Source: Saccostrea echinata (Eukaryota). Taken from it: a stretch of DNA of 64,000 nucleotides. The DNA is taken from the NCBI RefSeq assembly GCF_033153115.1, contig NW_026889757.1, positions 5,580,001-5,644,000 of the forward strand. The letters are read 5' to 3'. Numbering within the stretch: the first letter of the stretch is position 1; each line of letters opens with the position of its first letter. Under the pieces are notes generated by a model. The model was not told where the DNA came from and searched no databases. It saw only the letters and a list, made by a program, of their open reading frames with translations. Made by a program: the position numbers and the translations under genes. Shown piece by piece: positions 25,185 through 37,184 of the stretch.

Positions 25185-26335
25185 CGCAGACCAAGATGAG
25201 TATACAATTGAGATGCACTGTAGCTACGCTAGGAAAAGTGGCAAAGCTTTTATTAGTAATACAAACAAGCCAAGATTTGCAAGACTGGTGCTGAAAGAAT
25301 GAACGATTTTTTGTCATTCTGGGTTTAGGAAATACCTATGTTAAAGACAGAGATATTACTTTCCATAAGTTTTCCAAGAAATGTAGTATGGAGTCATTTA
25401 TCTGGGTTTTTTTTAAATATATATAGTTTGAGATAAAGCCCTGTTTCATAAAGCAGGAATTTTGAGATTAAAAAAACCTTTCTTGAAATAAAAGGTTGCC
25501 AAAAGGAGAGAGTTAAAAAAAACTCTTCCTGTGGTTGTGTTGGTCAAGATTAGGATCGAGGCACACTGTTGCTACGGCAGGAAAAGTAGCAACAAGACTG
25601 AGGCGCACTGTAGCTTCGCTAGGAAAAAACAATAGGATTAAGGAGCATTGCAGCTACTCTAGGAAAAATAGCAACAGGAATGAGGCGCACTGTAGCTAAG
25701 CTAGGAAAAATAGCAACAAAATCGAGGCGCGCATTGTAGCTACGCTAGGAAAAGTAGCAAAGCTTTCATTAGTAATACAAGCAAGACAAGATTTGCAAGA
25801 TTGGTGCACATGCTGTCAGAATGAATGATTTTTTTTGTCAATTTGGGTTTGAGAAATACCTATGTTAAAGATAGTGCTATCATTTTTCATAGGTTCCCCC
25901 CCCCCCCAAAAAAAATGTAGTATGGGGTCTCTTACCTGTCTTGTTTAAAAAGATATTTTTGAGATGAAGCTCTGTTTCTAAAAGCAGAGAATTTGAGATT
26001 TAAAAAACACCTTTCTCAATATACAGGGTTGTAAAAAAAAAAAGGAGAGAGTTGTAAACTCTTCTTTCTCTGGTTGCGCTGGCCAAGATGAGGATCTAGG
26101 CGCACTGTAGCTATGCTAGAAAAAATAGCAATAGGATTGAGGCGCACTGTAGCTACGCTAGGAAAAATAGCATTAGGATTGAGGCGCACTGAGGAAAAAT
26201 AACAAGGCTTTTATCAATAATACAAGCAAGCCAAGATTTGCAAAATTGGTCAATGATGCTAGAATGAACGATTTGAAAAAAAAAATTCGTTTGGTGAATA
26301 GCTTTGTTGAAGATAGTGCTATTATCTCCTAGAAA
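25185..26335 (+). repeat. Higher-order repeat: three modules, each headed by 1-5 copies of a 42-bp unit
   Basis: Unit aggattgaggcgcactgtagctacgctaggaaaaatagcaat, followed each time by ...aatacaagcaagccaagatttgcaa... Confidence 0.85.
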
Positions 26336-26749
26336 TGTTATATCAAGTAGCTTATCGATCTTTTTAAAACTTTATCAATAAATACATATGATGTTTATTT
26401 AAATGAAATGTTGACATGTTATTGTTTTATTATTTATTGTTGTTGATGCATGGGTGAGATTTTTTTATAATTGTATACAGTGTATAACTTGCTGGTTTTA
26501 TATAACATTTTAAATTTGTATTGTATTTTCATTAAATTTCTCAAAATGAATCTTATATTATGCAAAAAGTGTAAATAAAACCCATTGCAATATTCTCCTG
26601 TGTTTGGTTCTTTATTTTGGAATCGAAAGGAAGGGAAGGTATTGGTTAACCTTGTATCGTGCTGAATTGATTTATAATTTCTAGTTAAAACATTATACAG
26701 TATATGAATCGTTTGAAATTTTACGGATGTGGCACAAAAAGAAGAGACA

Positions 26750-26751
<2 letters not shown>

Positions 26752-26788
<37 letters not shown>
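26752..26788 (+). repeat. (CT)n microsatellite
   Basis: Direct read. Confidence 0.95.
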
Positions 26789-26791
<3 letters not shown>

Positions 26792-28229
26792 GAGAGACTT
26801 TTTGGTACCCTCTACACTGCACCACAATGTATTCCTCTCTCAAATTGAATTGCTTTTTACGGACCTGGTTAACTTAATCCAAAATGAGAATTTTAGAGAG
26901 TAAATGTCTTTTTTCGTGCTAAATTGAAAACTAAGGGAATATATCATAATGAATGAATGTCATCTTCCTTGGACATAATTTCATAAGATAGCCTTGTAAA
27001 ATTGAAATATATTGCGCAAGTATTAAGTCTCGGAGGCTATTTCAGGGGGATACAACAGTGCAATTAAGTTGCATATGTAGGCGTTTGAAATAGCATCATC
27101 ATATTGTCGTGATCTATCTCATTCGGGGTTCTCTATTGAGTTTCTTGGCACGTTAGGACAACAATCGGACATTTCCATAATAACAGTATTTGATTAGAAT
27201 TCTAAGGTAGTCCAAATATTAATTAATTTGCTATAAGCCTTAAGGAGAATTAAGTTTTATATTAGGTGTTATATTAAGGGACTGAGAAAGTTAATCGGGA
27301 ATACCGATTGGATAAGACGTTTTCATCCCGGATTGTACAAATAGAGTTTGTGGGAAGTTACTAATTTACTTGTAAATTGGCAGCCGTCGGATTTGTAGCA
27401 TTGGCAAGCAGTGCAGTTTATACCAAGGGGGTAAGTGCGGAAACAGAAACGCTTAAATACAAGCAGAACTCCAACCATTTATCAATGTGTATGTATAAAA
27501 ATTATAACAGTAACTCACTTTTTCTTGCTTTTATAATTGATGTTGTTAGGTACTTTCTTTGAATTTGACGTATTATTTCTCAACAGAGTCGTTTACACAT
27601 GATTTCAAAATATTTAAGTTTTGTCTTAGAAACATTGAGATTGAGAATGGTTCACGTCATTCAAAAGATTTTTGTGATTTTAGAGTTCAGGTTATAGTCA
27701 GTGTGTGGGAGTTTTGTTTATTATTGTTATTTTTTATGCATGTATTTATTTATTTTGGAAAACTGTGTTAAAAATATCTGTCAATAATTCTTTTTTGGAA
27801 AACTTCCGTTAGAGAACCATCATTTCAAAGAGATCTAGATGTTATCGTCTAGAAGCATGTTGCAAAAGAATTGCAAATTTCACCAAAATCGCATTTTCCC
27901 TTTTCTTTGTGGGTGTGTTTATATTTGTACAATTCTTTTGTGTTTTGGTAATTACAAAAATAAATGTCAAAATTTTTGGAAAACTACATTGCGTTTTGTA
28001 AATTTTAATTCACTTAGATCCTCTTGAATCATATAATTTTATATTGTGATTTTTTTTTATGTAAATATTTCTAGAGTTGTTTAAACAACACTTTCCCTTG
28101 ACGCTGGGGAAAATTTTGCACTAGCAATGGTTTTTTAATAATATCATTTAGCCATTTGCATCTGGATAGTTATAATTAGAAAATGATATACGGTATACTC
28201 GCCACTGTCGTTATTCTTTCAGGAACAAC

Positions 28230-31200
28230 ATGAACATTTTTCTATACCTTGTTGCCGCTGTTTGCAGCTGCAAGTGTTTTTTGGCCCACTCTTTGGCTCT
28301 CCCATACAGCACCTACGGCCTAAAGACTGCCAGGAAACGAAATTACGAAAACGACGCTAGCTGTGTCAGTATCCAACAGCTTGAAGGTAATCTACATAGT
28401 GGCCGTCCGGATGCGGCAATTGACGTGTAAATGTCTGATAGATCACGGCGATGGTGCTTCAACAGAAATCGAAGCGCCGTCATCGTAAATTTGGTTTGAT
28501 TAGGTGTTAAAATAATTAAGACTTATTGGATGCCATCATCTTAGATTATACATTTATTAGGAGTCCAAGAAAAAAAATAACCTTTTGACTGGAGAAAAAA
28601 CGATAAGTTTCAAGAGGGATGATACAATTATAATGTCGTAAAGAAAATGAAAAATGGAAATGAAGAAATAATGCTGATAGAAATTGCGCAACTTGATGTA
28701 ATTTACTCTGCAAAAGAGAGACGAAATGTTCAGCTTTCTCAACGTGTCACTAAAATTCATAAGAATCTCTTCTTTTTTTTTTAACTCAAAATGATGCAAT
28801 ACCTAGTGTAAATGCACTTATTTTGACGATAATCTTATATTTACGTGCTTTTCTAATTGCTCCTCTAAGTTATACATAGCCCTGCAAAAGACAATTTATT
28901 TTAAAAAAAAAATTGTTTTAAAATTGCTGATAGGAAATATGTATAGACTTTATTAATTAAGTGGATAGTGATATGACTTGTCAGATGAAAAACTACTCTA
29001 CGTTAATTTGGATAAGAACAGGAACTACACTGTTGGTATCAAGATATCTCAAAATCATGATGGTTTTAGTTTAAAGGAAGATGCCATAGATGCTTCCTGG
29101 TAAACGAATCACTCAATACAGGGGTAGGTCTAACTTCTGGGGAAAATCCTTCCTAAATGTCTTATGATTCCATGTGTTGGAAAACTGTATGCGATATCTA
29201 ACGGCCAATAGATGACGAGAACACGTGTTTGAGTAACTTTAATAAATACGTACATTCTCGCAGTGTTGATTGAGTTTTAAAATGTAGTAAATGGGGGGAG
29301 GGGGGGGGGTATTTAAAAAAAAATTCTCAAGAACAATAGGGCTACATTTTCTAATATTCGTATAAAATCTTCATACAGTGTCGATTTAAGTTTGGTTTAA
29401 TCAGGGTCCCTTGGGCTACGTTGAGGTTACAATAAAGCTGTTATTTTTTTATGTGAAAAATTAAATTATACTTTAAACACAGTTTCGCTGTGCACAATGT
29501 AAAAAAAAAAGGTTTATATTGTACATGTATAAACAATCTACATGTAGGTTTTGAGGTGAAACCACTTGACAACCAAAGTTAGTACTAGTTTTTCTGAGAT
29601 TAGATTTTTATTTATACATAAAATCTGTCTTTGGCAAATTCTTTCTAGCAGAAAGCTACGAAAGACTTGAAAAAAAGAAAATAAAATCAACCTAGTTTGG
29701 AATTGGAAATAATCAAAAATCTTAATTAAACCGTTAGAAAAAAAAATGTCACAATTAACGAGTTTCGTCCACTTCTCATTTTAAACTTCACGTTATGTTA
29801 AGTGAGTGGGCTATGAGTCTCTTTTTCCAAATAAGCAAAATATGTAGACAATGAAATTGAAAATTAAAGCAAAAACGTTTGTTTGTTTGTTTGTTTTAAT
29901 GTGTGAAAGGTAAGTGAAAATGAATGGTATTTTCAACATATGAGTTATCGTTCTTGTATTCACTGTAACCTAGCTAGTCAAATCATCTGGCTGTGAACTC
30001 TTTGGAATCTTGAGTAAAAAAAGTCTCAAAACAATAACGTATTCAAACTTTTGCAGGAGTAGCCTTCTGAAAGAATTTCAAAGAAATTTCTATTTTTAGT
30101 AACCATGGCAACACCATTATCAATTTCAAACTATGTATCTTAGTGTAGTCTACTTGTGTGCAAAGTTATATTGAAATCAAAACTGTGGGAGGAGTAGCGT
30201 TTTGAAAGTATTTCACAGAAATTTCTGTTTTTTATCAACCATGGCAACACTGTTCATCAAAAGCAAAAACCGATACACAGAATTATTTGATTTTGAAATC
30301 GCCTTGTGTGCCAAGTTACATTGCAGACTAAAACTGTAGGAGGAGTAGCATTCTGAAAGTATTTCACAGAAATGTCTTTTTTTTAATAACAATGACAACA
30401 CCACTCATCAAAATCAAAAACCAATGCACAGAATTATGTATCTTAGTGTAGTATACTTGTGGGCAAAGTTGTATTGAAATCAGAGCAAAAACTGAAGGAT
30501 TAGCGTTTTAAAAGAATTTCATAGAAATTTTTATTTTTAGCAACCATGGCAACACTGTTCATCAAAATTAAAAACCGATGCACAGAATTACGTACTTTAA
30601 TGTAGTCTACTTGTGTGTCAGATTATATTGAAATCAGATAAAAACTGTAGGAGGAGTAGTGTTTTAAAGGAATTTCACAGAAATTTCTATTTTTAGTAAC
30701 CATGGCAACACCGTTTATCAAAATCAAAAATTGATGCACTGGTTTATGTATCTTAGTGTAGTCTATTTATGTGCCTTGTTAAATTGAAATCAGACTAAAA
30801 CTGTAGGAGGTGTAGCGTTTTAAAAGTATTTCGGAGAAAATTCTATTTTTAGTAACCATGGCAACACCGTACACTAAAATAAAAAAATCTTTGCATTGAA
30901 TTACGTATCTTAGTGTAGTTTACATGTATGCCAAATTATACTGAAATCAGATCAAAACTGTAGGAGGAATAGCATTTTGAAAAATTGTTTACATACAGAT
31001 GGACAGACAGACAGACGGACACCTTATTATCGCATAAGCTCTTGTAGTCTCTGACCAGTAGAGCAAAAAACTCATTTCATAAACTTCGCTCCATTTCCCC
31101 GAAAAATCGAATTTCAGGTGAGGCACAAGAAATTTCTCGTGGGTTGTAAAAATTTCATAAGAAAATTGAAATGCCATTGCTTTCTGTGGTAAAGAAGTAA

Positions 31201-32145
31201 CATGCATTTTTAAAGGCTATTTTCTGATTAAGTATTTCAGGCCCAATTTCATAACTCAGTGGACAAAGACCGGGACGGAAAGGCAAGCTTTGAGGAAGTG
31301 AAACACTATCTATCTAAATACAACCCCGTTATCAAGGACTCCGAAGTAGGAAACTTCATCCAACGAAGAGATATAAATGGTAATTTATTTCAAATATCAC
31401 TCAAAGTATTTGAAATTGAGTGTTTCAAGTTTAAAATTAAATAAAACATTGTATTTATAATTAAATTGAAAGCTCAAGCTGTCTATTAAAATGACTTAAA
31501 AACAAGTAGTAACTTTGATCCTGAAAATTGTACATTGTTAATATACATCACTGATAGTTTAGTGGATCAAACTCATCCCATTCTTATTTCACTTTCTCTA
31601 TAACAGAAATTTTTCATTTACTGGCAGTTCTTTGAGGACAGTTTTAAAGTTTGTTTAAAAAAAAAAAGAAGATGTGTTTGTGAAACACTGATGCCCCCGT
31701 ATGGCAGCTTATGGCGAAGGTTAAAGTTTCTCAAATGCAAGTCAAACTCCAGGTCAAGAGATAAAAACTGTTGGTACCCGAAGAAAGGTCTCGTGTCGAG
31801 GAATATGCCTGTGAAATTTGAATCCCTAGTACCAACTGTTCAAAAGTTAAGATGAAGGTTAAAGTTTTGTAAAAGTAAGTAGGTCAAAGTCAAATGGGAC
31901 CCCAAGGAAAGGTCTTGTCGAAAGTGATACACATGTTCGTGAAACGTGAAAGCCCTAGAACCAAACGTTCACATGTTATGGCCAAGGTTTAAGTTTTTTT
32001 TAAAAGTAGGTCAAACTCCAAGGTCAAGTTTAATGCTAAAATTATTGGTATCAAAAGAAAAGTCTTGTCACAAGTAATGCACATGTGAAGTTTGAAAGCC
32101 CTAGCGCCAACTGTTTAAAAGTTATGGCCAAAGTTAAAGTTTTTC

Positions 32146-32176
<31 letters not shown>

Positions 32177-34962
32177 AAGTTGTTGATATCCAAAGAAGGA
32201 TTAAATATGTGAAGTATGAAAGCCCTAGCACCAACCATTCAAAAGTTATGGCCAAGATTAAAGTTTTTCAAAAGTAGGTCAGACTCCTAGGTCAAGGTCA
32301 AAGTGGTTGGTATCAAAAGGAAGGTCTTGTCACAAGGATTACATATATGAAGTATGAAAGCCTAGCACCAACCGTTCAAAAGTTATGGCCAAGGTTAAAA
32401 TTTTTCAAAAGTAGGTCAAACTCCTAGGTCAATGTCAAAGGGTCAAAGTGTTTGGTATCCAAAGGAATGTCTTGTAAGAAGAAATAGACATTTTAATATG
32501 AAAGCTCTAGCGTTAACGGTTCAAAAATTAAGGCCAAAGTTAAAGTTTTTCAAAAGTAGGTAAAACTCCTAGGTCAAGGTCAAAGGGTCAAAGTGTTTTG
32601 TATCCAAAGGAAGGTCTTATCACAAGAAATACACATGTGAAGTATGAAATCCTTAGCACCAACTATTCAAAAGTTATGGCCAAGGTTAAAGTTTTTTTTA
32701 AAAGTAGATCAAACTCCTAGGTCAAGGTCAAAGGGTCAAAGTGTTTTGTATCCAAAGGAAGGTCTTATCACAAGAAATACACATGTGAAGTATGAAAGCC
32801 TTAGCATCAACTATTCAAAAGTTATGGCCAAGGTTAAAGTTTTTTTTTTAAAGTAGGTCAAACTCCAAGGTCAAAGTCAAAGGGTCAAAGTTGTTGGTAT
32901 CTAAAAGAAGGTCTTGTCACAAGAAATGCACATGTGAAGTATGAAAGCCCAAGCACCAGCTGTTCAAAAGTTATGGCCAAGGTTAAAGTCTCATAATTTT
33001 TTGCAAAAGTGGGTCAAACTTCAAGGTCGAGGTCAAAAGGTCAAATATGATGGTACCCAAAGAAAGTTCTTGTCACAAATAATACACATGTGAAATATGA
33101 AAGTCATAGCTCCAACCAATCAAAAGTTATGGGCAAGGTTAAAGTTTTTGCGGACACACAGACAGACAGGCAGCTAGACAAACAGACGGACGGACAGGGC
33201 AAAAACTATATACCCCCGAATCTTCGATACGGGGGCATAAAAAACATTGTATGTGTATTTTCATCGCATTGATTTTCGTGAATCAAAAATGGGAAGGTGA
33301 TTCTTAGTTTATAACTATATTGTGACTATTATCTCAGTCAATTTTTCGCGGTAGGATGTGGGATTAATTTTGAGATTCGGTGGTTGATTTTGGAATGTGA
33401 TCCTCTGATAAGAAAAATGTCTCTTTCACTAAATTTCTAGGCTAAAAAATTCATCTTAATCAGGAATTGTCCTTGATTGCATGACTTTTTCAAACCATGT
33501 GTTTTTTTTCCAGTTTCAAAATTTTACACATTAAAAAAAAAACAAAACCACATAAAAATATATGCATGACCCCAATATCCTAAATGTCTTAAACTCAGAC
33601 TCCAGTTTGGTACAAACTCTAACCACGCAGGAGAAACTGTTGTTTTCATAAACAAACAAGATGCGTTTGTGAAGCAGCTCAAGGCCAAGTATAGAGTTTT
33701 TCAAATGTAGGTCAAACTCCAAGGTCAAGAGTTCAAAAATGTTGATATCCAAAGAAAGATCTTGTCACAAGGCCTAAGCATGTGAAATAGTCCAAGAATC
33801 AACCATTTAAAAATATTACCTAGGTTAAAGTTTTTCAAAAAGTAGGTTATACTACAAGGTCAATGTCATGAGGTCAAAAATATTGGTACCAAAGTAAATG
33901 TCTTGGCATAAAGAATACATAAGTGAAATATGAAAGCCTTAGCAGCAGCAACCGTTCAAAAGTTATGGCTAAGGTTAAAGTTTGGTAAATTTTTGCAAAA
34001 GTATGTCAAACTCTAAGGTCAAGAGGTCAAATAGGTTGGTACCCAAAGAAAGGTCTTGTCACAAGGAATACACTTGTGTGAAATTTGAAGCCCTGACACC
34101 AAGCATTTAAAAGTTAGGTGGCAAGAAGATGTACAGTACGGTTTTGAGTTTTGTTCCCTATGACCCACTTGCAACAAAAGTTTGGCATTAAGTTTTTAAA
34201 ATATTACGAAATTGGTATTTTTACAAACCCCCCTTTCTTTTATTCAATTGCCTGCTAGTATCAATATGGTTCGCTTTAAATTTTAAATAAATTAACTTGG
34301 TTTTTGGCGAAAAATTCTCTCTTCCAAAACTTGGGGGGATCTATTTCTTCGAGACAGAATATTATTATTCAATAATATACTAATAATTTCTGGAAATCGA
34401 ATTATGTATTAATAAGTAGACTACAAATCATATTTAAATCAGTAAAATGATATTCTTTATTTCGCAAAAATAGGTAATGGGATTATTGATTTTATCCCGG
34501 ACTACATAACAGAAGTTGTGTCCCCTTCTTATGGCCTCTCTAAGGCTAAGGAGTGGTTCCAGTTGGAAGATTCTAATAGAGATGGATATGTGTCCAGGGA
34601 CGAGTTGATTCAGATCGCTATTAATGTCGGCCTCTCCCCTCGGGACGCACAGGACACTGTGGACATGTTTTATATGACGGGGGATAAAAATGGCGATGGG
34701 AAACTTAATTGGGAAGGTGAGTATTTAATGTATATACTCTTTGTTTACTCATGTATATTTCTAGGTACTAAGTATTTGAAATAATATACACCGTTTTGAT
34801 ATGAGTATTTTCTAATTTATTATTTGTTCTAAATATTATTTTTCTCTGTAAAATGTATTTATCTGGAAAAAAAATTGTGAAAGAAAATTATATTAACTTG
34901 CATAAGAATGACTTTTGACATTTTCTGTTAATTTTACAGAATACTCCTCCGTAGTGATGTAA
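28230..34962 (+). CDS. Secreted 4-EF-hand calcium-binding prepro-protein (~189 aa)
   Basis: Exons 28230-28386, 31233(or 31241)-31379, 34474-34716, 34940-34962. Signal peptide MNIFLYLVAAVCSCKCFLAHSLA|LP; RKR site; loops DKDRDGKASFEE, DINGNGIIDFIP, DSNRDGYVSRDE, DKNGDGKLNWEE; AATAAA at 35039; probable 5' UTR exon ending at donor 27431. Confidence 0.85.
30040..31070 (-). mobile_element. HINE-like element with ~150-bp internal tandem repeats
   Basis: About 6 units tttagtaaccatggcaacacc...actgtaggaggagtagc; ends with GACA/GACG microsatellite and hairpin-like gctcttgtagtctctgaccagtagagcaaaaaa; related copy at 60500-60900. Confidence 0.7.
31233..31379 (+). CDS. EF-hand gene exon 2 (EF1 and start of EF2)
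   Basis: AQFHNSVDKDRDGKASFEEVKHYLSKYNPVIKDSEVGNFIQRRDIN; donor at 31380; 5' boundary ambiguous. Confidence 0.85.
31667..33244 (-). mobile_element. HINE-like element with ~145-bp ggtcaaggtcaa satellite-like array
   Basis: One end aagatgtgtttgtgaaacactgatgccccc; about 10 tandem units; GACA/GGAC microsatellite; other end cccccgaatcttcgatacgggggcataaaaa. Confidence 0.8.
33654..34115 (-). mobile_element. Truncated second copy of the same HINE-like family
   Basis: aaacaagatgcgtttgtgaa end plus about 3 units. Confidence 0.7.
34474..34716 (+). CDS. EF-hand gene exon 3 (EF2-EF4)
   Basis: GNGIIDFIPDY...EDSNRDGYVSRDEL...GDKNGDGKLNWE; tag acceptor, gtgagt donor, 243 nt. Confidence 0.9.
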
Positions 34963-35528
34963 GAGAGAAGGTCGAATGCAGGGAACAATTGTTATGCAGT
35001 GTTTCGCTATGTGGTTTTGTTTGCAAAGATTTTTCGAAAATAAACTTATTGACTCGATCGATGTGTTTCACCATTTCTGTCTCAGCTTTTTAAACGGTTG
35101 CTGTAAATGTTATCTAATTTTTCATGTTTTAGCTATATCTAGGTAATTGGGGGAGAATACCAATGATCGAAACAAAAAAGAACGACAAAAATTAACTGAC
35201 ATTTCGTGCAAAATTAGAAAGATTTTATGATAAAATATGGAATCTTAAAAATTGCCTGTTAATTGGTTTTAATTTTACGCTTATTATCATTCCTATAGGG
35301 TGACACTGTTACGTTCTGATATCGCAACATTGAAAAAGTGAATTTTTTCCACTCGGATGTAATTTTTCTAATAAGATATCTCAATACACATGCTCAGCTT
35401 GTCGTTAAACCAGTCAAAGTTTTTCATTTGTCATTCTAAGGGTTGATAGGGTATTACAGTCACCGAGAATGTTTTAAAACATATTTTGATTTCCTATCAA
35501 GAGAAATTTTTATAAACACATGTCTATG

Positions 35529-35777
35529 GCATGTCAAACGGTGCAATATTCGATCTTTTCCATTTGTATTGTATTATTTTCCATTTGTATTGTATAATTT
35601 TTCATTTGTATTGTATAATTTTATTTGTATTCTATAATTTTCCATTTGTATTGTTTAATTTTCCATTTTTTATTGTATAATTTTCCATTTGTATTCCATA
35701 AATTTCCATTTGCATTGTATATTTTTACAATACAAATGGAAAATGGAAAAGTTCGAATATTGCAACGTTTGACATGC
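35529..35777. mobile_element. Small MITE with internal 21-bp tandem repeats
   Basis: TIRs gcatgtcaaacggtgcaatattcgatcttttccattt and aaatggaaaagttcgaatattgcaacgtttgacatgc; internal unit ttttccatttgtattgtataa. Confidence 0.75.
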
Positions 35778-35869
35778 AAAAAACCTCTAGGTATTTGAAT
35801 AGAATGTTTTAACTCATTTGACGGTATCATTTCAGAGTTGTTGTTCTTTAAAGTAGGTTTGCTCTATGT

Positions 35870-36060
35870 CTGTTTGTGAATATTTCACTCATGATGTGAC
35901 GCCACCAATTGCCTGTGTAAGGCTGCAAATCTTTTAATTGTTCTCAATACTTACGGTCACTGAGCAGTAAGAGATTTTCTCAAGATAGTCTTTAGTCTTT
36001 AATACTACGTGGGACCTTAGTTTATTCGATCTTGTCCCGCGTTGTGATTCGAACCCATGT
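35870..36060 (-). mobile_element. Degenerate tRNA-derived SINE fragment
   Basis: Reverse B-box gattcgaaccc near 36046; body resembles a common bivalve SINE (from recall, not searched). Confidence 0.35.
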
Positions 36061-37184
36061 TCATTTATTTCGCTTACACCATGTCACTGGTACATGAGGT
36101 GCAATAATAAAAACAAGTAAAAATGATGCAAAGCATCAAATTGGCTGCAAAACAAATTTAGCATTTTAAAAAGTACTTTCACAAGTAAGCATTCAAGGAA
36201 AGCGCAAGTCATTTAAAGCTGAAAGAGAGAACATTTTTTTAGACTGTCTTCCATAAAAAGCAAAAATTGCAAGATAAATAGGAATGAAATTTCAGTGCAT
36301 TTTTTCATTAAGTTGATTCATCGATAATCAGTGATAAATGATAAGAATGTATTGTCATCAAGAAAGTGAACCACGCGCTGATACCCTGGATCTTTGTCAC
36401 GTGATCTGATGCCGATGGTTTCTGCAGACTATGCTTAACGGCGCGGAGATGGACAACACGATGCACTGTGTGGAAGAAAAATCATCCTTGTGTTATTCGA
36501 GCTGTAGCATATTCAAAACAATTTTTACTAGTTTTACCAACTTTTCAATTTTTATTCATCACTTTTTATCCGGAAAATCATAACGATTTATGAGGAGTAC
36601 CTATTGTAAACCCTTTTTATATAATCATAAATTAATAATGAGAAATCAAATTGAATTCAAAACATAATAACAACAATTAAGATTTAGTTCAAAAGAAGTT
36701 TTAAAAATATTTTGCTCAATTTTTATGCATGTTATGATAATATCATTAACGAATTATTTTACTTTACTGTTAAAGAAATAGCGTCTCATTTCCCCATGTG
36801 CACTTTCTAACACAACCACAAATAGACCGACCGCTCCAGCGGCCGATAATAAGTCGTCATGATTAATCGTGAAAATACAAGGGTATGCTACAACAACACA
36901 AGAGAGAGTGTACTACAAACTACAGCAACAAACAAGAAAAAGATACGGAAGGCCTTAAATGCCTTGTGTGAAAAATATTCATGGTTGCAATGACATTTCT
37001 TCATTATATGCTGATACTTCTTCATTATACGATTATACATGTGTGTCGAGATGAAACTTTGACATCATATGCTGATACTCACTCATTACTACTCATTATA
37101 TGTATCTGATGAAACATCTTTATGTAATGATACTTTCGTGTTGTCTTTCTTCTTTACATGAAGACTGCCATTTCGTGCTGCTAC

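Noticed and set aside
28985-29100. Possible extra EF-hand gene exon (DEKLLYVNLDKNRNYTV...)
   Set aside because: Weak pyrimidine tract, and neither candidate donor gives phase 0 for the 31241 acceptor.
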